From assembly GCA_951406725.2 (NCBI GenBank), contig OX597816.1, positions 98,332,001 through 98,396,000 of the forward strand: a stretch of 64,000 nucleotides of DNA, given 5' to 3'. This stretch comes from Octopus vulgaris. Its lineage: Eukaryota. The notes beneath the pieces are model-generated. The model worked only from the letters and a program-made list of their open reading frames with translations, was not told the DNA's origin and made no database searches. The position numbers and the translations under genes were made by a program. Shown here in pieces: positions 13,192 through 28,336 of this stretch (the first letter of the stretch is position 1; each line of letters opens with the position of its first letter).

Positions 13192-13227
13192 CAGTTGAAA
13201 AAGTCTCAATGACTGAAACCGTTACTG
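13192..13227 (+). ncRNA. Type I hammerhead-like motif with UUGAAAA (U3/A8) core
   Basis: cag-TTGAAAA-agtc-tcaat-gact-GAAA-ccgt-TA-ctg; homologous to 49697-49734. Confidence 0.55.
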
Positions 13228-13274
13228 AAATGTTTGTTATAAAATTATTTTAGCATTTTCTATCTTGACATTAT

Positions 13275-13305
<31 letters not shown>

Positions 13306-13377
13306 AGCACATGCATTATTTTATATACTCGTATTAGTGGGTGTAATGTGAGTGTATCGTAAGTGCAAAAAAAGAAT

Positions 13378-13510
13378 ATGCGGTTGCATGGCCTGGTGAG
13401 TTTGGCGTCACTGCGATTATGTGACCGCGATTGTCATTCCCGGACCGGGGTTCGTTGTGCTCTTGAGCAAGACACTTCATATCATGTTGGTCTACGATCA
13501 CTTCGACACT
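13378..13510 (+). mobile_element. SINE 5' fragment related to 42349-42688
   Basis: Shares cccggaccggg..cg..ttgtg.tcttgagcaagacact with the SINE at 42349. Confidence 0.6.
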
Positions 13511-14844
13511 TTTATTACTATAATACATATCTTCAGAGGGTTGTAATTCTCTGCTGAATCGCTAACTTCTTTTACGTTTAATTAAATACTGGGATAAATA
13601 GATAATTAATATATACACATATACGCAAATATTTTTGTATAGATCGGAATTTTTAGTAAGTAAATGTTTACTGAGGCGACGATCAGTATATAAAGAAATT
13701 GAAAGTGAGGGACGGTCACTTGATTATGAGAAACAATAGAATAGATTTCGCATTCATTAAAGTTAATAATGTAAGCGAAAATTTTAACTAGGGTAAATAC
13801 TTTGTGTGAGGAGGGGAGCATTTTTGTAATACATTGATTCAGAATGTCATCCTCGTACGCTTATATTCTTGTGTATGCTTGTGTTTTTATGGGCTTGTTT
13901 TTATGGGCGTGTGGAAAAGGTAAAATTATTCAATACCTTCATGTAAATACAAAAGATATTAATTCTTCATCTTTCCCGAGACTCCAAACATTTATATGAT
14001 AATTTCTTATTGTATTTTAGAAATTCCATTTATACAATTTACTCTATATAACAAATTGAGTTACATAAATTATATATTTTAGATAGTGTAAATGAGAACT
14101 TTACCAAAAATATTTTCTGAACAAACTTTAACATCCCCTCATATTTTATAAAAATCTAAAAACACAGAGGTGTAACTGTCAATAACTGAAAACGTATTCA
14201 CATGTAAACACATTTTCACTTATGAAAATGATATATCCACCCGTCAAACTATGCAAATATGTGCACAGAGACATGGAAAAGAAACTTAAGATACAAGCAC
14301 ATGCACAATAAAATACAAAATAGTGGTATATGTTAAACAAAAAATTACATAGTTCTTTTAATAGAAATTTTTAATTTAAAACTTAATTTGAAATAATTCT
14401 TCTTTCACGCTTTCTATAAATCACAAAAAACTAACGAATACATTAATAAATAAGCTGACACTTTCGCGCAAACACATATATGAAAACACGCTAACACTAA
14501 AATACATTCAACAAACACATTAAAACTATACTTACAAAAAACAAACTAATACATACAAACAAATGAACCTGAACGTCTATGAAATAAGGTCATAAAGACA
14601 CAGTTACGAAATATTTTGGGAGAAATTTCACAGGAATAGATAGAAGTTATATATTTCGTATCTTGAAAGTATTAAACTTACGTATTTTTTTAAGCTTTGT
14701 TTACTTCAAAAATTTAACTATCTTCTTATATTTAAAAGTTTACATTGATAAAATAAAAGCTAATCAGGTACTTACATATTCTCAGACGAATAAGTTGACT
14801 CACATATACAGAGATTCTCATGCATTTGTAACTCCAAAACGGAA

Positions 14845-14920
14845 AACAATTTCAGACCAAAACCAATTCCAGACCAAAACCAATTTCAGCCCAAAACCAA
14901 TTTCAAACCAAAACCAAAAT
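14845..14920. repeat. 17-bp minisatellite (AAAACCAATTTCAGACC), about 4 copies
   Basis: Directly visible. Confidence 0.85.
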
Positions 14921-15029
14921 CGCGAAATGCAAACCAGCATGTACAAGTATGACAGAAATATGCAAAGATATGAAACACCTTGCTACACCCCTTAATAGCA
15001 TTCGTTAAGTTCTTAAGGTTAGCAATTTT

Positions 15030-15210
15030 GACTTTGTGAGGAGGGAAGTCGATTACATAGACGCAAATGAGCAACTGGTAATTATTTTTCGACCCCAAAA
15101 GCGTGAACGAGAAAGCGACCTGGCAGAATTTTAACTCAGAACGTGAGGACAGGCGAAATGTGTTAAGTATTTTTGCTCGGAATGCTAACAATTCTGCCAG
15201 ATGGTCACCT
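15030..15210 (-). mobile_element. Degenerate SINE, same family as 11430-11644
   Basis: Sequence similarity (tcgattacat..., cgacccc, tggcagaattt.aactcagaacgt, aattctgccag). Confidence 0.6.
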
Positions 15211-16617
15211 AAACTGACTCCCAGTAAATTAAACAATAAATATACATATAACCCCCCCAAAAATTCTGTCTCCCATCACTAATTTAAGTAATACTTTAAC
15301 TTTATTCTTTGTTTAGAAATAAAAATTACCTAATTTTCTTTCTAATAGAATATCTCTTATTATTTCATATAACTGCATTAACTTCTTTCTTAAAATGAAA
15401 GTTTTCATTCTCCTACTTGAAAACCCATACACACGAAAGTTATCAGTACCGGTTGAATAAGCAGATATGCAAAACTTGAAGTCTCTGTCAAAATTAATAT
15501 TATATATTAAGATGTTCTTTTCGCGTGACTGGTGGCAAATTCTTCCCTTTGTAAAATGTGGAAATCATGTGAGAGAAATTATAAAATTTTTCAAGTGTTC
15601 TTTGTTTAGAGAATATTCAGATCTGTGACGTTTCAGTCACATGCGCAATCAATTCAGAAAGCTTTAATGACGAATTTTTGCGGCAATTTCTACCTTGTAA
15701 TGACGAGCAAAAACAAACATATAGAAAATATTACCGATAGTCGTACATATTCTGCATCAAAACTGAAATGCTTTCTTACTTTTTGAGACTATATTGAGAA
15801 ATATGAATATATGGATTTGTTACTCAAATGTGAATGTTTATCAGTAGCGATCAAAATGTTAATAACATTATAATTATTTGATGGTGGCTGAAATCAAGAA
15901 ATATTTTAGTAGTGACATTACACGATAGCCAATATTCTAGAATAAATTTGTTGCAGAGGAATTATTCAACAGGGATTAATTCTAAAAGAGAGAGCATCCA
16001 TCGTAGTCCTTCAAATATTTACTACGACATTTATTGAAAGCCACGATAGCTTTGATATTTATACTGTTTGCTCGAACAACTTATTTATTCAAACTATGTC
16101 TGAAAACCACCCTAATCATTCGCTAGAGTTCCTAATAAAGAAAGCAACTGCTGTTAAGATATTCACTACCCATAAGAAATAGGAGATCAAATGATTTTGA
16201 TGTTGGAGACTGCTTGCAGAAATATGGAGTCTACTTTTGTGTTCAGCTGTATGTAGCTCTCTCTTAGTATCAATTAAATAAGAACCGAACTTATAAAAAA
16301 ATGAAGAACACAAATTTACATTTAGCGTCACTAAAAGTTTGATGAAATATTAACAATTTTGTATAGATGTACATAATCGATATTTCAGTAGATTAAAGGA
16401 TGTATGTTAAAATACTGTAGCATGAAACTTTTTTCCATACACATTGGAATTTCTCATTCAGATACGATAAATATACGTGCACGTGGGCACATCCTAAAAT
16501 ATATTAGAATACACATACATATGCACAAACACATACACGCAAACACATGCCCTTCTCTTTGTATGTGTGTGGATGTGCCTGTCAATATGCACATGCATAC
16601 ACACACACTACACACAC

Positions 16618-16658
<41 letters not shown>

Positions 16659-16776
16659 TGTTTTTATGTGTACGTAAATATATAAATATATATATATATA
16701 TATAATATATATATATATTTATATATATAATATATATATATATTTATATACATATATATATACATACATACAGAAA

Positions 16777-16815
<39 letters not shown>

Positions 16816-16820
<5 letters not shown>

Positions 16821-17196
16821 ATATATAAACGGCAGTTTGTCTGTGCGTGTTTCTGTGTGTCTGTTTTCTCGTACCTCACCCTGACCACGGCTTTCAACCG
16901 ATTCTGATGAAACTTGACACACGCATAGCCCAATGTCATAATTCAAAACTAACGCAGCGAAAATTTTGAAAAGTTCCCCCAGTTCTGAAAAAAATCGATA
17001 AATTCGACATGGGGTCGAGAATAAAAAAAAAAACCACAGACTGTCTAGGGGACGCAACTCAACCTTTTTTTACTCTCAAAAAAAAATTTACGATCATTTT
17101 TTTTCCATTTTTTTGCTATTTTTTGGCTATAACTCTCTAAAGATGCTTTATAGTTATTTCCCTTACAAACCTGAGCAACGCCGAGCGATACTGCTA

Positions 17197-17197
<1 letters not shown>
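16816..17197 (+). mobile_element. Non-autonomous Helitron (~380 bp)
   Basis: 5' TCTCTATATATAAA start; internal accgattctgatgaaactt; 3' imperfect hairpin cctgagcaacgccgag then CTAG (17194-17197); inserted between A and T within (TA)n. Confidence 0.85.
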
Positions 17198-17240
<43 letters not shown>

Positions 17241-17725
17241 ATAGGCAGGCACACGGGCACACATATAGACCCACACGTATGTATGTATACTGAATGACGT
17301 ACATGATAATTTCTTAGTCTCAATTCTTCCTTTGCAAACAAGTAAGTTCAGGAGAGTCTTTGAAATATTTTATGTATGCGTTCACATTTACATGTCTTAC
17401 AGAAAAAAATAGTATTATTATTACCTATATTGGTGATGAGGAAATTAAGTCGCCCTTATTTTCAATCAATTTCACGCAGTTAAATACGCTCCAAAAATTT
17501 TAGTACATTCTTCGAAAAGTGTAATTTCCATGATTGAAATTAAAATGAGCTAAAATTAGACACCTAAAGAGAAAGATAAGCTAGAATTTGGGTTTTAAGA
17601 TGTCAAAGAAAGTGCTCTGAATGTAGTAAAAAATTAAAATAGTACTCTCACTTCATGAATTAGGAAACGAAAGCTGTTAAATTTGGTAGCAGAGAGGAAC
17701 AAGTCTGTATGATGAGTTTGATATA

Positions 17726-18921
17726 TTGGGTAATCCCATAAATAAGGCAGCTTTTTTTATAGTTCTTTCATGTTTCAATCTTAAGATGAACAAAGTTCTT
17801 TTTTAACCTAAATTATACACTCCTTCATTTTCTACAATGCTCTTCTATCTATCTGCTTGACTTGCAACGCCCCGATTCCAAAATTCAATTGTCCATGACG
17901 AAAAATACTCTTCCAGTATTGTTCCGACTTCAGCAGATGGGGGAATTGACCGGCGAATATGATAGGTGGCACATCGTCTCCTATTCAAACTGCCGCAGCC
18001 TTTGGGATGTCATCCTCGCTCTATGTCGCTGAGCATTTTCCTGATGGAAGAACACCTTTCGTCTTGAAAACGAAGATGGTCATTTTTCTTCCAGCCGCTC
18101 AAGCTACATGCAGTGATCTCCTTTGCTATTGTTCGGTTTGGGTTTAAAAGTTCAAAGTGGACTAAACCTTTCATATTCCACCAGACAGATAACAACATTT
18201 ATGAGGATGAAAACCTTTAGCCTTAGGTACAGGTGTTTCTCTTTTCTCTAGATACTTTCTTCAGCACTTGACAATTTTTTAGAGAACCCATTTCTCGTCA
18301 CCACTATGCATAAAATATTAATTCGTGAGACGTGACAGCAAAGAAGAACCCACATTGGCTCTGTGCGTGCGATTAGAGAAGGAAAGTTTATGAGGAACAC
18401 TTTGACACAATTTGTTGACTTTTCTGATTGCACGCAGGTGTCGATGAATGGTTGAATGACCAACTCCAAACGTCTCTGCTAGTTTCTCAACAGTTACGAT
18501 GGTATCTCGTTCCACCAGAGTTTGCAGGACGTCTTCGTCGAGCTCTACAGATGTTCCAGAACGGGGCTCATCTTCGACGCTGTAGTTTCCAGCTCGGAAT
18601 TTCAAAAAACACTGTTTACATTGGCTTATGCTTATTGCCGGATCCCTATATACTGCATTAATATTCCTCGGACTTTCCGCTGAGGTGTTGCCTTTAATGA
18701 ACTCATAAAGCTAAATATGCCCAACATGTTCCTTTGTCACTTCCATTACAGCTTTGAAAAAATACCTGTTAAAATCGAACCGCACTCTTCCAAATTTGCA
18801 CTATGAATAAAGACGAAGTAAAATTGCTACCTGCTTCTATAGCAGGTAGTTTATTACATCCCCCTCCGAACTTTAGTCCATGCAATTGAAAAAATATCCC
18901 ATTATTTATGGGATGACTCAA
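17726..18921 (-). mobile_element. mariner-family DNA transposon with decayed transposase
   Basis: TIRs ttgggtaatcccataaataa / ttatttatgggatgactcaa with TA flanks; minus-strand peptide relics KFRAGNYSVEDEPRSG, STIHRHL, SVPHKL (WVPH-like), LLSVWWNMKGLVHFELL; frameshifts and stops. Confidence 0.92.
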
Positions 18922-18947
18922 TATATGTATACACACATATATGCATG

Positions 18948-18992
<45 letters not shown>

Positions 18993-19550
18993 CAAAAGAA
19001 TGGGACAAGAATGCAAAACATCCGGACAACTAGGTGATACAAAAAGGGACAACACAACATCCAGATAGACAATAAAAAGAAAAAAGGACGGATCATTCGA
19101 AGCTTTCCATCCTCAGTCAAGAACCAGATTATCGTCGCAATGTCGGCTGATTATTCTTGAGATTGCTCTAATCAGGCTAGCCCCAAGGGAAAAATAAGCT
19201 AAGAGCATTCAATTCCTTGGAAGAAAGCATCGAATGCATACAAAAACAAGGACGGAAAAAAAGAATGTTAGACAAATATATATACAATAAAAATAATAAC
19301 ATGACATAACAAAAGGTGTCATTCGAATAAAGACGAATTAAATTAACCCGGCAAGTATGGAAATAAAGCCTTGCGGCAGAGATACAAGGATTTCACAAGC
19401 ACAGGGAAGAATATCGATGTTGCACGAACCACAGTCAGACCCAAAAGAAAGAGCGAGCAGTCTGGCCGATCGGTCACGTGGGAATCAATACCAGGATAAA
19501 ACCACTAATTAAAACGTGAAAGAAAGATTTATAGACTTTTATATATAATA

Positions 19551-19703
19551 TTCACTGGAATTGTTTCCTACCATGCATGTATTAGATTTGTATCTATTCT
19601 GTGGTACAGAAGTAATTTTGACTTCTATTTTTAACGATGTAGGTGCTCACGTGGTACATTCGTGTATACATAAATACATGCATACATACATACATACATA
19701 CAT

Positions 19704-19756
<53 letters not shown>

Positions 19757-20200
19757 TATCTTATATTGTATGTGTATATTTTATTAATTCGCTTGTACGG
19801 CTGAAATAGTCGCTTAACACACATGATAGTATTTTAATAATACCATCCCTTCTTATGTTTATCTATAAATAATTTCACGCATTTCATTTGTGTAAATTGT
19901 GTTCGGTCATTTCAAACAAACTTTTGTGGGCAAAAACTTGTCGGGAAAAACTTTAGTAGTAGTAAGCTAGCAGAATTTGGGCGATGAGAAACAGACATCT
20001 AATTGACGCTAATTTCGAAACCTGTTCCAAGTTGAACAATATTGCTTGTGCTGACCTAGCAGAGTTAACACGTTTTTAATGCTCACTGGAATTTTTTTAC
20101 CTACCATGCCTGTATTAGATTTGTGATTATTCTGTGGTACAGAAGTATTTTTGATTTCTATTTGAAGTGATGTATGTGCTCATGTGGTGTCTTCATATAT
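19551..20200 (+). repeat. Diverged ~120-bp direct duplication (~19551-19670 and ~20083-20200)
   Basis: Both read tcactggaatt..tt.ctaccatgc.tgtattagatttgt...tattctgtggtacagaagta. Confidence 0.8.
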
Positions 20201-20225
20201 GAACACACACACACACACACATACG

Positions 20226-20312
<87 letters not shown>

Positions 20313-21123
20313 CAACTCAGTTCTAGAACAACACTATAGAAAGTGTGATGTGAGTTAATTTTTTCAACGTCTCTAAGATGAAATATTCCTCGAAATTCAT
20401 ATTACAGATTAAAGATATAATATATTTGGCAGATTAAAGTGATATCAACATGTAACTAAATGAGCAGCCTTATATTATCCATGCTGAAGAGTATGTGTAG
20501 GCTGTAACTGAAACCAAGGTATTTAATGAAAGATTAGAATAAAAGTAGAACAGAAACACTATAACAGATCAAATTTAATCAAACCTAATATGAGTATGTT
20601 GTATATATCCGCGAATTTTGTAGGCCTCCATGATGAATCTGAGGCCGTGTGGGAAGGTGAATGTAGACATTACGTGGTCTTCACTAGTGATCACTCCAAA
20701 CACCATGATGTTGAGTGGACGTTTGATTTTTATCACTCTCTCTACATGTCCTCAAATTGCACTGTCCTCGGATTGACACCCAAACACTCTGAAATACCAT
20801 ATCAACAAGATATACTTTCTACACTTTTTCAGTACATTTCATTGTTCTGCCCCTTTTGTTTTACTTTAGATCATATCTCACTATTCCGCCCTCTGAAATC
20901 TTCGTATTGGAACTTCCGTCTTGAATACCAAGGAATACAGCAGTTAAGCATGTCATGACCAAATTTTTGGCATAGTGCATTGCATCATAGTGCTGTTTTT
21001 CTCACAGACAGTGTACAAATGTCTCTACTATACTGTGTAGTTGGGCAAAATCAAAAACAAACAATGTGTATGAATGAAATTAAAAATGAGATATGGTGAC
21101 AATTTAGCCATCGCACCCTGTAC

Positions 21124-21285
<162 letters not shown>

Positions 21286-21609
21286 CTTATAAGAAAGGGC
21301 TAAAGAAAAAATTATTTCAAATTAATCTCATAAAAGATTTATTCCGAAATTGATTCAATATAGAGATAACAAAATTTAAATTTTCTAACGGTTAGCTTGC
21401 CCGACTTCAGTTCAATTTTTCTGTAGCGAGTAGATTATATGTAGAAAATCAGCATATTGGCTTTGAAATAATTTTTCTTTAGTCCTTTCTTATAAGTTGT
21501 TTATAATTTTAACCGTAAATGTATTTTAATATGCTGCCACATTTCTTGATGGAATTCTTTCCTGTAGAGATAAAAACTTCATCCAATATTAGTAGTAGTA
21601 GTAGTAGTA

Positions 21610-21676
<67 letters not shown>

Positions 21677-21889
21677 GTGAGAATTTACAAAAAGAATAAA
21701 GACGATGTCGGGAGTAAAAAACAATAAAGAGATGTATTAGTTTAACGCTCGGGAAGTGAGAAACTCTTAAATTTCGAGCTTACGCTCTTCCACAGGAAGG
21801 AACACAGAAATAAACAGGTAGTGAAAATAACAAAGATTTGGTTGCAATATATATATATACAACCATGAGTTTGAGACTCAGTCTTATCT

Positions 21890-22150
21890 AGTGTGTCACC
21901 ACTTCATCACGAGTGGATATCCCCTCCCCATTATCCATACAGCTCTTACCAAACACGTCCCGTTCACCGTACCTCTGCTCTGTCTCCCTGCACCTGCTCC
22001 ACCGTTGCGCCTTCCCCGTTTCCCCTCACCTACCACCCCGACCCTGCCCCTCCAACGCACCATTCTCCGAGCCTTCCGGTGACACTACTCCGATCCCTCC
22101 ACCTCACACATTTTCTCCAGCCCACCCCTTCCAACGTTCAAACGAGCCCA
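21890..22150 (+). pseudogene. Penelope-like element RT C-terminal fragment
   Basis: Frameshifted peptide HFITSGYP..II..AL / R.VHR.SAL / FPLTYHP resembles the PLE thumb-linker region (compare RNYPPSLI...LPYISTHNP in the 6368 element). Confidence 0.55.
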
Positions 22151-22979
22151 CACATTCGACCGAAAATTTACTCAAATCCTCTAAACTTATTCCAACACTA
22201 TGCTAGATTGAAAACTGAAAATTACTCTGAGACTCACCCCATTTGCATGAAAAGCCCATATCAATTTCATCTCATTGACCTGAGAGTATCTGTCCTATAT
22301 ACAATGCCGATATGGTAATGTTGCTGAACTATATCTGTGAGTGGCCCTAAAACTTCTATTCCTACAACTACTGATAATAATACTACTCATACTACTACTG
22401 CTACTAAGTACCACTCCCTCAATTCCTACCACCCCATTGTAACCTGTCTTGACCTTTTCTAATTAAACATCCCAATACTCCGCCACTTTCCCCATTGAAT
22501 ATCCATTCTTCAAGTGCCCTCTTTGTTATTTCCAGCAACGTCTCTGAGGAAAGTATCATTAATTTTTTTAAGTCTTTCAATTTACCTCCATTGAATAAGA
22601 GACCAATTGAATACATCTGTATATAATGAATACTGGGAACAGCTGTAAGCTAAATTTACTATAATAAAGGAATTATATGTAATGGACATTATTTTAACTT
22701 GCCTCTTATATATCATTCTGTAAAAAATAGTTTATTTGAAGCCCATCCACGGATTTGCAATATAGAACTGTGATGAACCAATTCTTTAAACCCTACCTAA
22801 AATATTACTTTGAGTTCTTCACTAATCTATTTTGCCCGAACTGATAATCCTTCACAATTTGCGTTGATTTGTGGTTTCGATTCTGGCTGTTAGCTCAGAC
22901 ATTTTGGTCCATGTGTTTTATTAAAAAAATTGTCGCTTCAAATCGGAAAATATATATTATTATAGTTATACACACACAA

Positions 22980-23055
<76 letters not shown>

Positions 23056-24439
23056 ATATATATACATGTATGTATGTATGTATGTATGTATGTATGTACC
23101 AACAATAGTACTCTCACTTAGTTGCCAGCCCAATTACTTTTTGCGCTCTGTCATCTCATCTGAATTCTCCGATGAAGCCACGAAAAGATATTTCGAAAAT
23201 ATAGTACAAATAGTCATGCGAACCTTGTTTCTTTTCACAACAAAAAGAGACCATCACTATATATATTATGCGTACATTATCGACCCTGTTTAAGAGTGGA
23301 CATAGCCAATATGCAGGTAAACCACTCGTTACGGATTTAATTACTAAACCTCAATATCAGAAATTATCTTGCTTATTGATGGCATAGCTTCACCATAATG
23401 TCTGCTTAACAAAATTTGGCCTTTCTCTTCAAAGCAATAACTTGCTAACGTCTGTAAAGGGCTCACATGAGAAAAGTAAAATAACATCCGGAAAAGGTTC
23501 TTCTACTTTTCAATTGCAAACGATTTCCCGTTATTTGAAAAAAGTTATTTTACTGTAGTGGTGACATGAGTTTGTTTTCGAACACCCTTTATAACCTAGA
23601 CAACAAAATAGATTCTCTCTGAATGTTGTCTACATTCTATATTAGCCAGTGAATCTCTCTGTTTGCTTGTTTCGTATTTCCTTTACTCTGTGTCTTTCTG
23701 TTAAATCGACATATCTCTCATAAATTACGTTTTATCAATCTTCACCTACCCAAGCACGAAGCTGTATAGTTTTACTTACAGCCGTCGACTTGGTTCTGCA
23801 CACGAGGAGAATTAACGGCATCAGTTATTACCGGTTTCTAAAAGTACGTAAAGAAGACAAAAACTATTTCTTCAGAACAAACATTCTTAAAATAACTGTA
23901 AAACAAAGAGGGAAATGGCGCCGTATGCGTAGATAATGATAGATTAAATAGAATGTGCTATAGTGAGATATAATTTACCAAAATATATATAAAAAAGTTT
24001 ATGGAGGTGAGGTAGACGTAAATGAATTTACAGACAAGAAATGTTTGTTAAAGTATACGTGCAACTGTGTGCTAAAGAATAAGTGAAAGTAAATATGAAA
24101 GTTTACTTAGAGGCAGGTAAAAGTACAAAGTTGGTGACTACAGCGATAATAAAAGATAAATGAAGGATGTAAAGAAAGAAAATGCCATATCAACAAGATA
24201 TACTTTCCACACATTTTCAGTAGATTTTATTGTTTTGCACCTTTTGTTTTATTTTAGATCAAATCTCACTAAGCCAACCCTCATATTATATATCTGCGAC
24301 GAAAAACTTGTTTCATATTTATTGGGTGAAATCGATCAGTCTTTATGGGCTGGCTTAAAGAACGCGTACTGTTTATTCACGAAATCGCCCATTGCATTTG
24401 ACCAATCTGCCCGAATTTGTCAATTGCCTTTTTCTTATT

Positions 24440-24800
24440 AATATTGGTTTGAAATTCTGGTACTGGGCCAGTGAGTACTGGGAGAGGCATAAGTTGATTA
24501 AATCGACCCCTGTGCTCAAGTGGTAATTATTTTATTGATCACGAAAAGGTGAAAAGCAAAGTCGACCTCGGCAGAATTTAAACTCATGAACGTAAGGACG
24601 GACGAAATGCCGCTAAGCATTTTTACCTGGCTTGCAAACAATTGTGCCAGTTCACCGCCGTTTTATTACTAATATTAATATTAATTTTAGGCAGTGAGCT
24701 AGCAGAATCATTAGCAGGTCGGACAAATGCTTAGCGGAATTTCGTCCGTCTTCACGTTGTGAATTTGAATTCCGCTGAGGTCAGCTTTGCCTTTCATCAT
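24440..24800. mobile_element. Head-to-head pair of SINE copies (24440-24660 minus, 24689-24800 plus)
   Basis: Both match the 11430 family in opposite orientation, separated by ~30 bp of AT-rich sequence. Confidence 0.75.
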
Positions 24801-26154
24801 GTAATCAACTTATAAGGCCTGCTCATTTTGTGTTGAGTAATTAATACAAAAGACAAAATATGTAAAGAAGTCTTTTAGGTTGGTGTTCCAATGGTATAGA
24901 GAGAGCCTAAAATTTCACAGAGACGACTGTTTCTGTTGCTCATGTAAGTTGCAGGGACATGATTAGGAATACAGAAAAAAGTATTGTTTATCTAAATATC
25001 CCATCTGCATTGTGACCAGTTAACCATGAACCAGACTGTCCAGTCGAGTCACCACTAGGAAACCTTAAAATCGTACACTTGAGTTCGATGTCAGAAGACA
25101 AAGAAAGGGAAATGAGACCTTAGTATGTAAAATGATCGTTAAAGTTAATTTCATATGCGACCATTTGGATTTCTTCCTGGAAATGCTGGGGGATATGAAT
25201 GAGAAACATCGGTGTGTTACATCAAGTTATATAAGACATGGAAATAGGATATCAGGGTAGATAATATTCTATTTTCTCATCTTTCAAAAACATTTGTGCT
25301 GTTATATTTTGCTAAATAGAGAACCGAATTAATTTTCATTACCTTCATTTTGTCCTAACATATGTGGATTTATCTCCAAGTTATAGTATATCCGTTAATT
25401 TATAAAAAAAAAAAACCTTTGCTAATGAGAAAGAGATATTTTCTTCTGTTTAGAATTAGTACCACAAAAATATATAACTTTACACGCAATTATCAAAACA
25501 GTTTTCAAAAAGTTCCATTTTGCAGAGCTGTATTATGTCTTCAAAAATACTTCACCTGCTTGTTTTATTTTCTTTTGTCATTTACTTCTTGGTTTTTAGG
25601 TTAATAAAATTCATACGGTTCTCTTATCGCATTTTATTCTCCGTATCTGTGACGATACAAATTTAAGGAAGATAGTTAAAATATATGTAGCTACGTGTAT
25701 AAATTTGTGTTACAAGACCCTGATGTGAAATCGTGCGTTGAAACAGATATATTTCGGAACGGTCATATTTTTTTACCAAATAAACACATGCACTATATAT
25801 TTGTTCTTCCCTTGTTTATTACTGTTCTTTCTTTTTTCTAACTCATGTCCATTGTCCGGAAATCTTTCGTCACATATCTGTGTCCTCTTCAGCGACACTT
25901 TCATATTCGTGTGTGCTCTTGCTTTATTTACTCCATTCTTATTTTCTAAGATGTGTTTCCTCATGAGCGTATGCTTTTGCGTCCGTGTTTCTGAGTGTGC
26001 GTGCGCGTGCATGTATGTGTATGCGTTAGTATCATTATTCCCCTCAGCTCCATCCGCTTACCCATTGTGCTACTGCTGTCCTAAGACCTAAACATTTTAT
26101 AGAGTTCCTGTATTTCTCTGTGTTTGTGTGTTCGCCTACAGTGTTGCTATCACT

Positions 26155-26163
26155 GTAGTAGTG

Positions 26164-26216
<53 letters not shown>

Positions 26217-26250
26217 TGTTGTTGTTGTTGTTATTATTGTTGTTGTTGCC
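26155..26250. repeat. (GTA)n/(GTT)n microsatellite
   Basis: Directly visible. Confidence 0.95.
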
Positions 26251-28157
26251 ATCGTTGTCACCGCCACTGCTCTTGTCGTTGTTAATCGTATTGATATTGC
26301 TGTGGCTGTCCGTGAAATTTCTTGTGTGTGTGTGTTCGTGTGCGTGTATGGGTTCGCCTACGTAGCTTATACGCAAGAAAATGATAATTGTTATAGGATA
26401 TAGCTGTGTGTGCGTGTATATATGCGTGAGTGTTTGTTTCTTATTAGAAAAAGAACAGGTCAAAACTTTCGCTAGAGACAGCTTATTTGAGTATATGACA
26501 CTGTCTGCGAAACTGTCCTGTATCTGAACAAAATCTTTGTATAAATAATAGTTAACGCCGCATATACTGAATTCCTTATTCTGTTTATAGTCGTTGTGTT
26601 GTGCATTTAAAACAAATATTTTAATAAGTACAAAATAGAGAGATACGTTATATACATTCATTAATAAGCTCAAATGTATTTTACAAGAACGCTCACATGA
26701 AATCACTATTTTCTGTAATAATCCACGTTTCTGCTGAGAAGAGGCTAGTAATGATCAATATGATTTACAATACTTTATTTCAAACAGGAGAGTTGCAAGC
26801 TTAACGATTTCTTAAGATTTTGACTCATTCCTGCCGGCTCTTGTTGCATTTAAATCAAGGAAAAAGTGCATTGCACAATATTACACAGCATAACAGAGAA
26901 CTTCAGAGCCAAACATTTCTAAGCAACATATGTAACCTTTAAACAAATTCTCAGTAACAAACACGATGAATGAAAATAGCAATTCTAACTCACCCTATGG
27001 AAGGTCGATAAAATGGTACCAGAAAACCCCTACAGAAGATCGATTTTATCGACTAAAACCTCAGCAATGTCATGGTCACAATGACTGAAAACAGTTACCA
27101 AATGAAAATATTATTCATGCAGGGGACATTAGTATACATTCAACTGGATATGAAAGGAATTATGAATGTGTTACGAATAATTCCATCAATGATATAGCAA
27201 GAGCGTATCACAGAAACAATTTTCCTTTTGAATAAATATAACACCAAGCATTGAAGTTTATACAGATGAAACTGATCATTGGGATAGTATAACAAGAAAG
27301 GAATAAAAACCTTTAAAACCTTCATATGAAAGGAATAAAAACCTTTAAAACCTTCATATGTATCGCAAATGCGCAATCTGTTCACAAACGATCACTTTTG
27401 AAATTTTTCGCAACGTTATATTAATACAGGCTAGACGATATAAAATGTCATAACGTTTTAAATATAGACACAGATTTTGATATTTTCAGTTAGTATTCCT
27501 GCCCTGTTCAGTATTAATTTCTCTTTTATATTTTACATCATAAAATATACGCATTCCATAAGCGACGCAGTAATAAAACTATCTAAACATATTTGATGCG
27601 AATATAATCGTTAAATACATAGTAATGTATCTGTACTTTTATTATCCATCCACTTTCATAATTTCTATTGAGAAATATTTTCTAAAGCTACTATATTCAG
27701 CCATAAACTATTTTCTCCATCTACTGTGATAAAAAAAAATAACTATGTAGTATTTTAAATACAATAAGGAATTTTATGGAGACAAAGGAAAATAATGCAA
27801 AGCCGAACACATTCAGATAATAAAGATTGTCACTTAGCTTGCATAACTGGTCTCAATGTTATATATTATGATGTAGTAAATAAAATGGAAAACCATATAT
27901 GGTAATGTATTTATTCTTTGCATGCCAAAGTGTTTATATATGCCTTTGGGAAAAACAAAATTGTATATCTATTACAAAACAGAGATCAATTTCAAAGTTT
28001 ACGTACGTTTTTCCAGAGTCTATGACTGTGTAGTATAAGATATATTACAAAAAAGTTTTCTTGATAGATATGTATGCATACGAACACACGCAAGAATACA
28101 CAGAAACACACATATAACACACATAGACACAGACGCACACACACACACACATACACA

Positions 28158-28216
<59 letters not shown>

Positions 28217-28225
28217 AATGTAGAT

Positions 28226-28272
<47 letters not shown>

Positions 28273-28336
28273 AATCTTTTGCGTAATGTGATAAAAATAA
28301 ACAAGGCTGTATAGATATTAGAGCATTTATAGATAG

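Noticed and set aside
19093-19122. Minus-strand CTGAGGA-tg-GAAAGCT minimal HHR-like string
   Set aside because: Register leaves no cleavage nucleotide with stem I paired; too degenerate to call
20481-20526. CTGAAGA...GAAACCAAGGTA HHR-like string
   Set aside because: Stem I does not pair; at best a decayed copy
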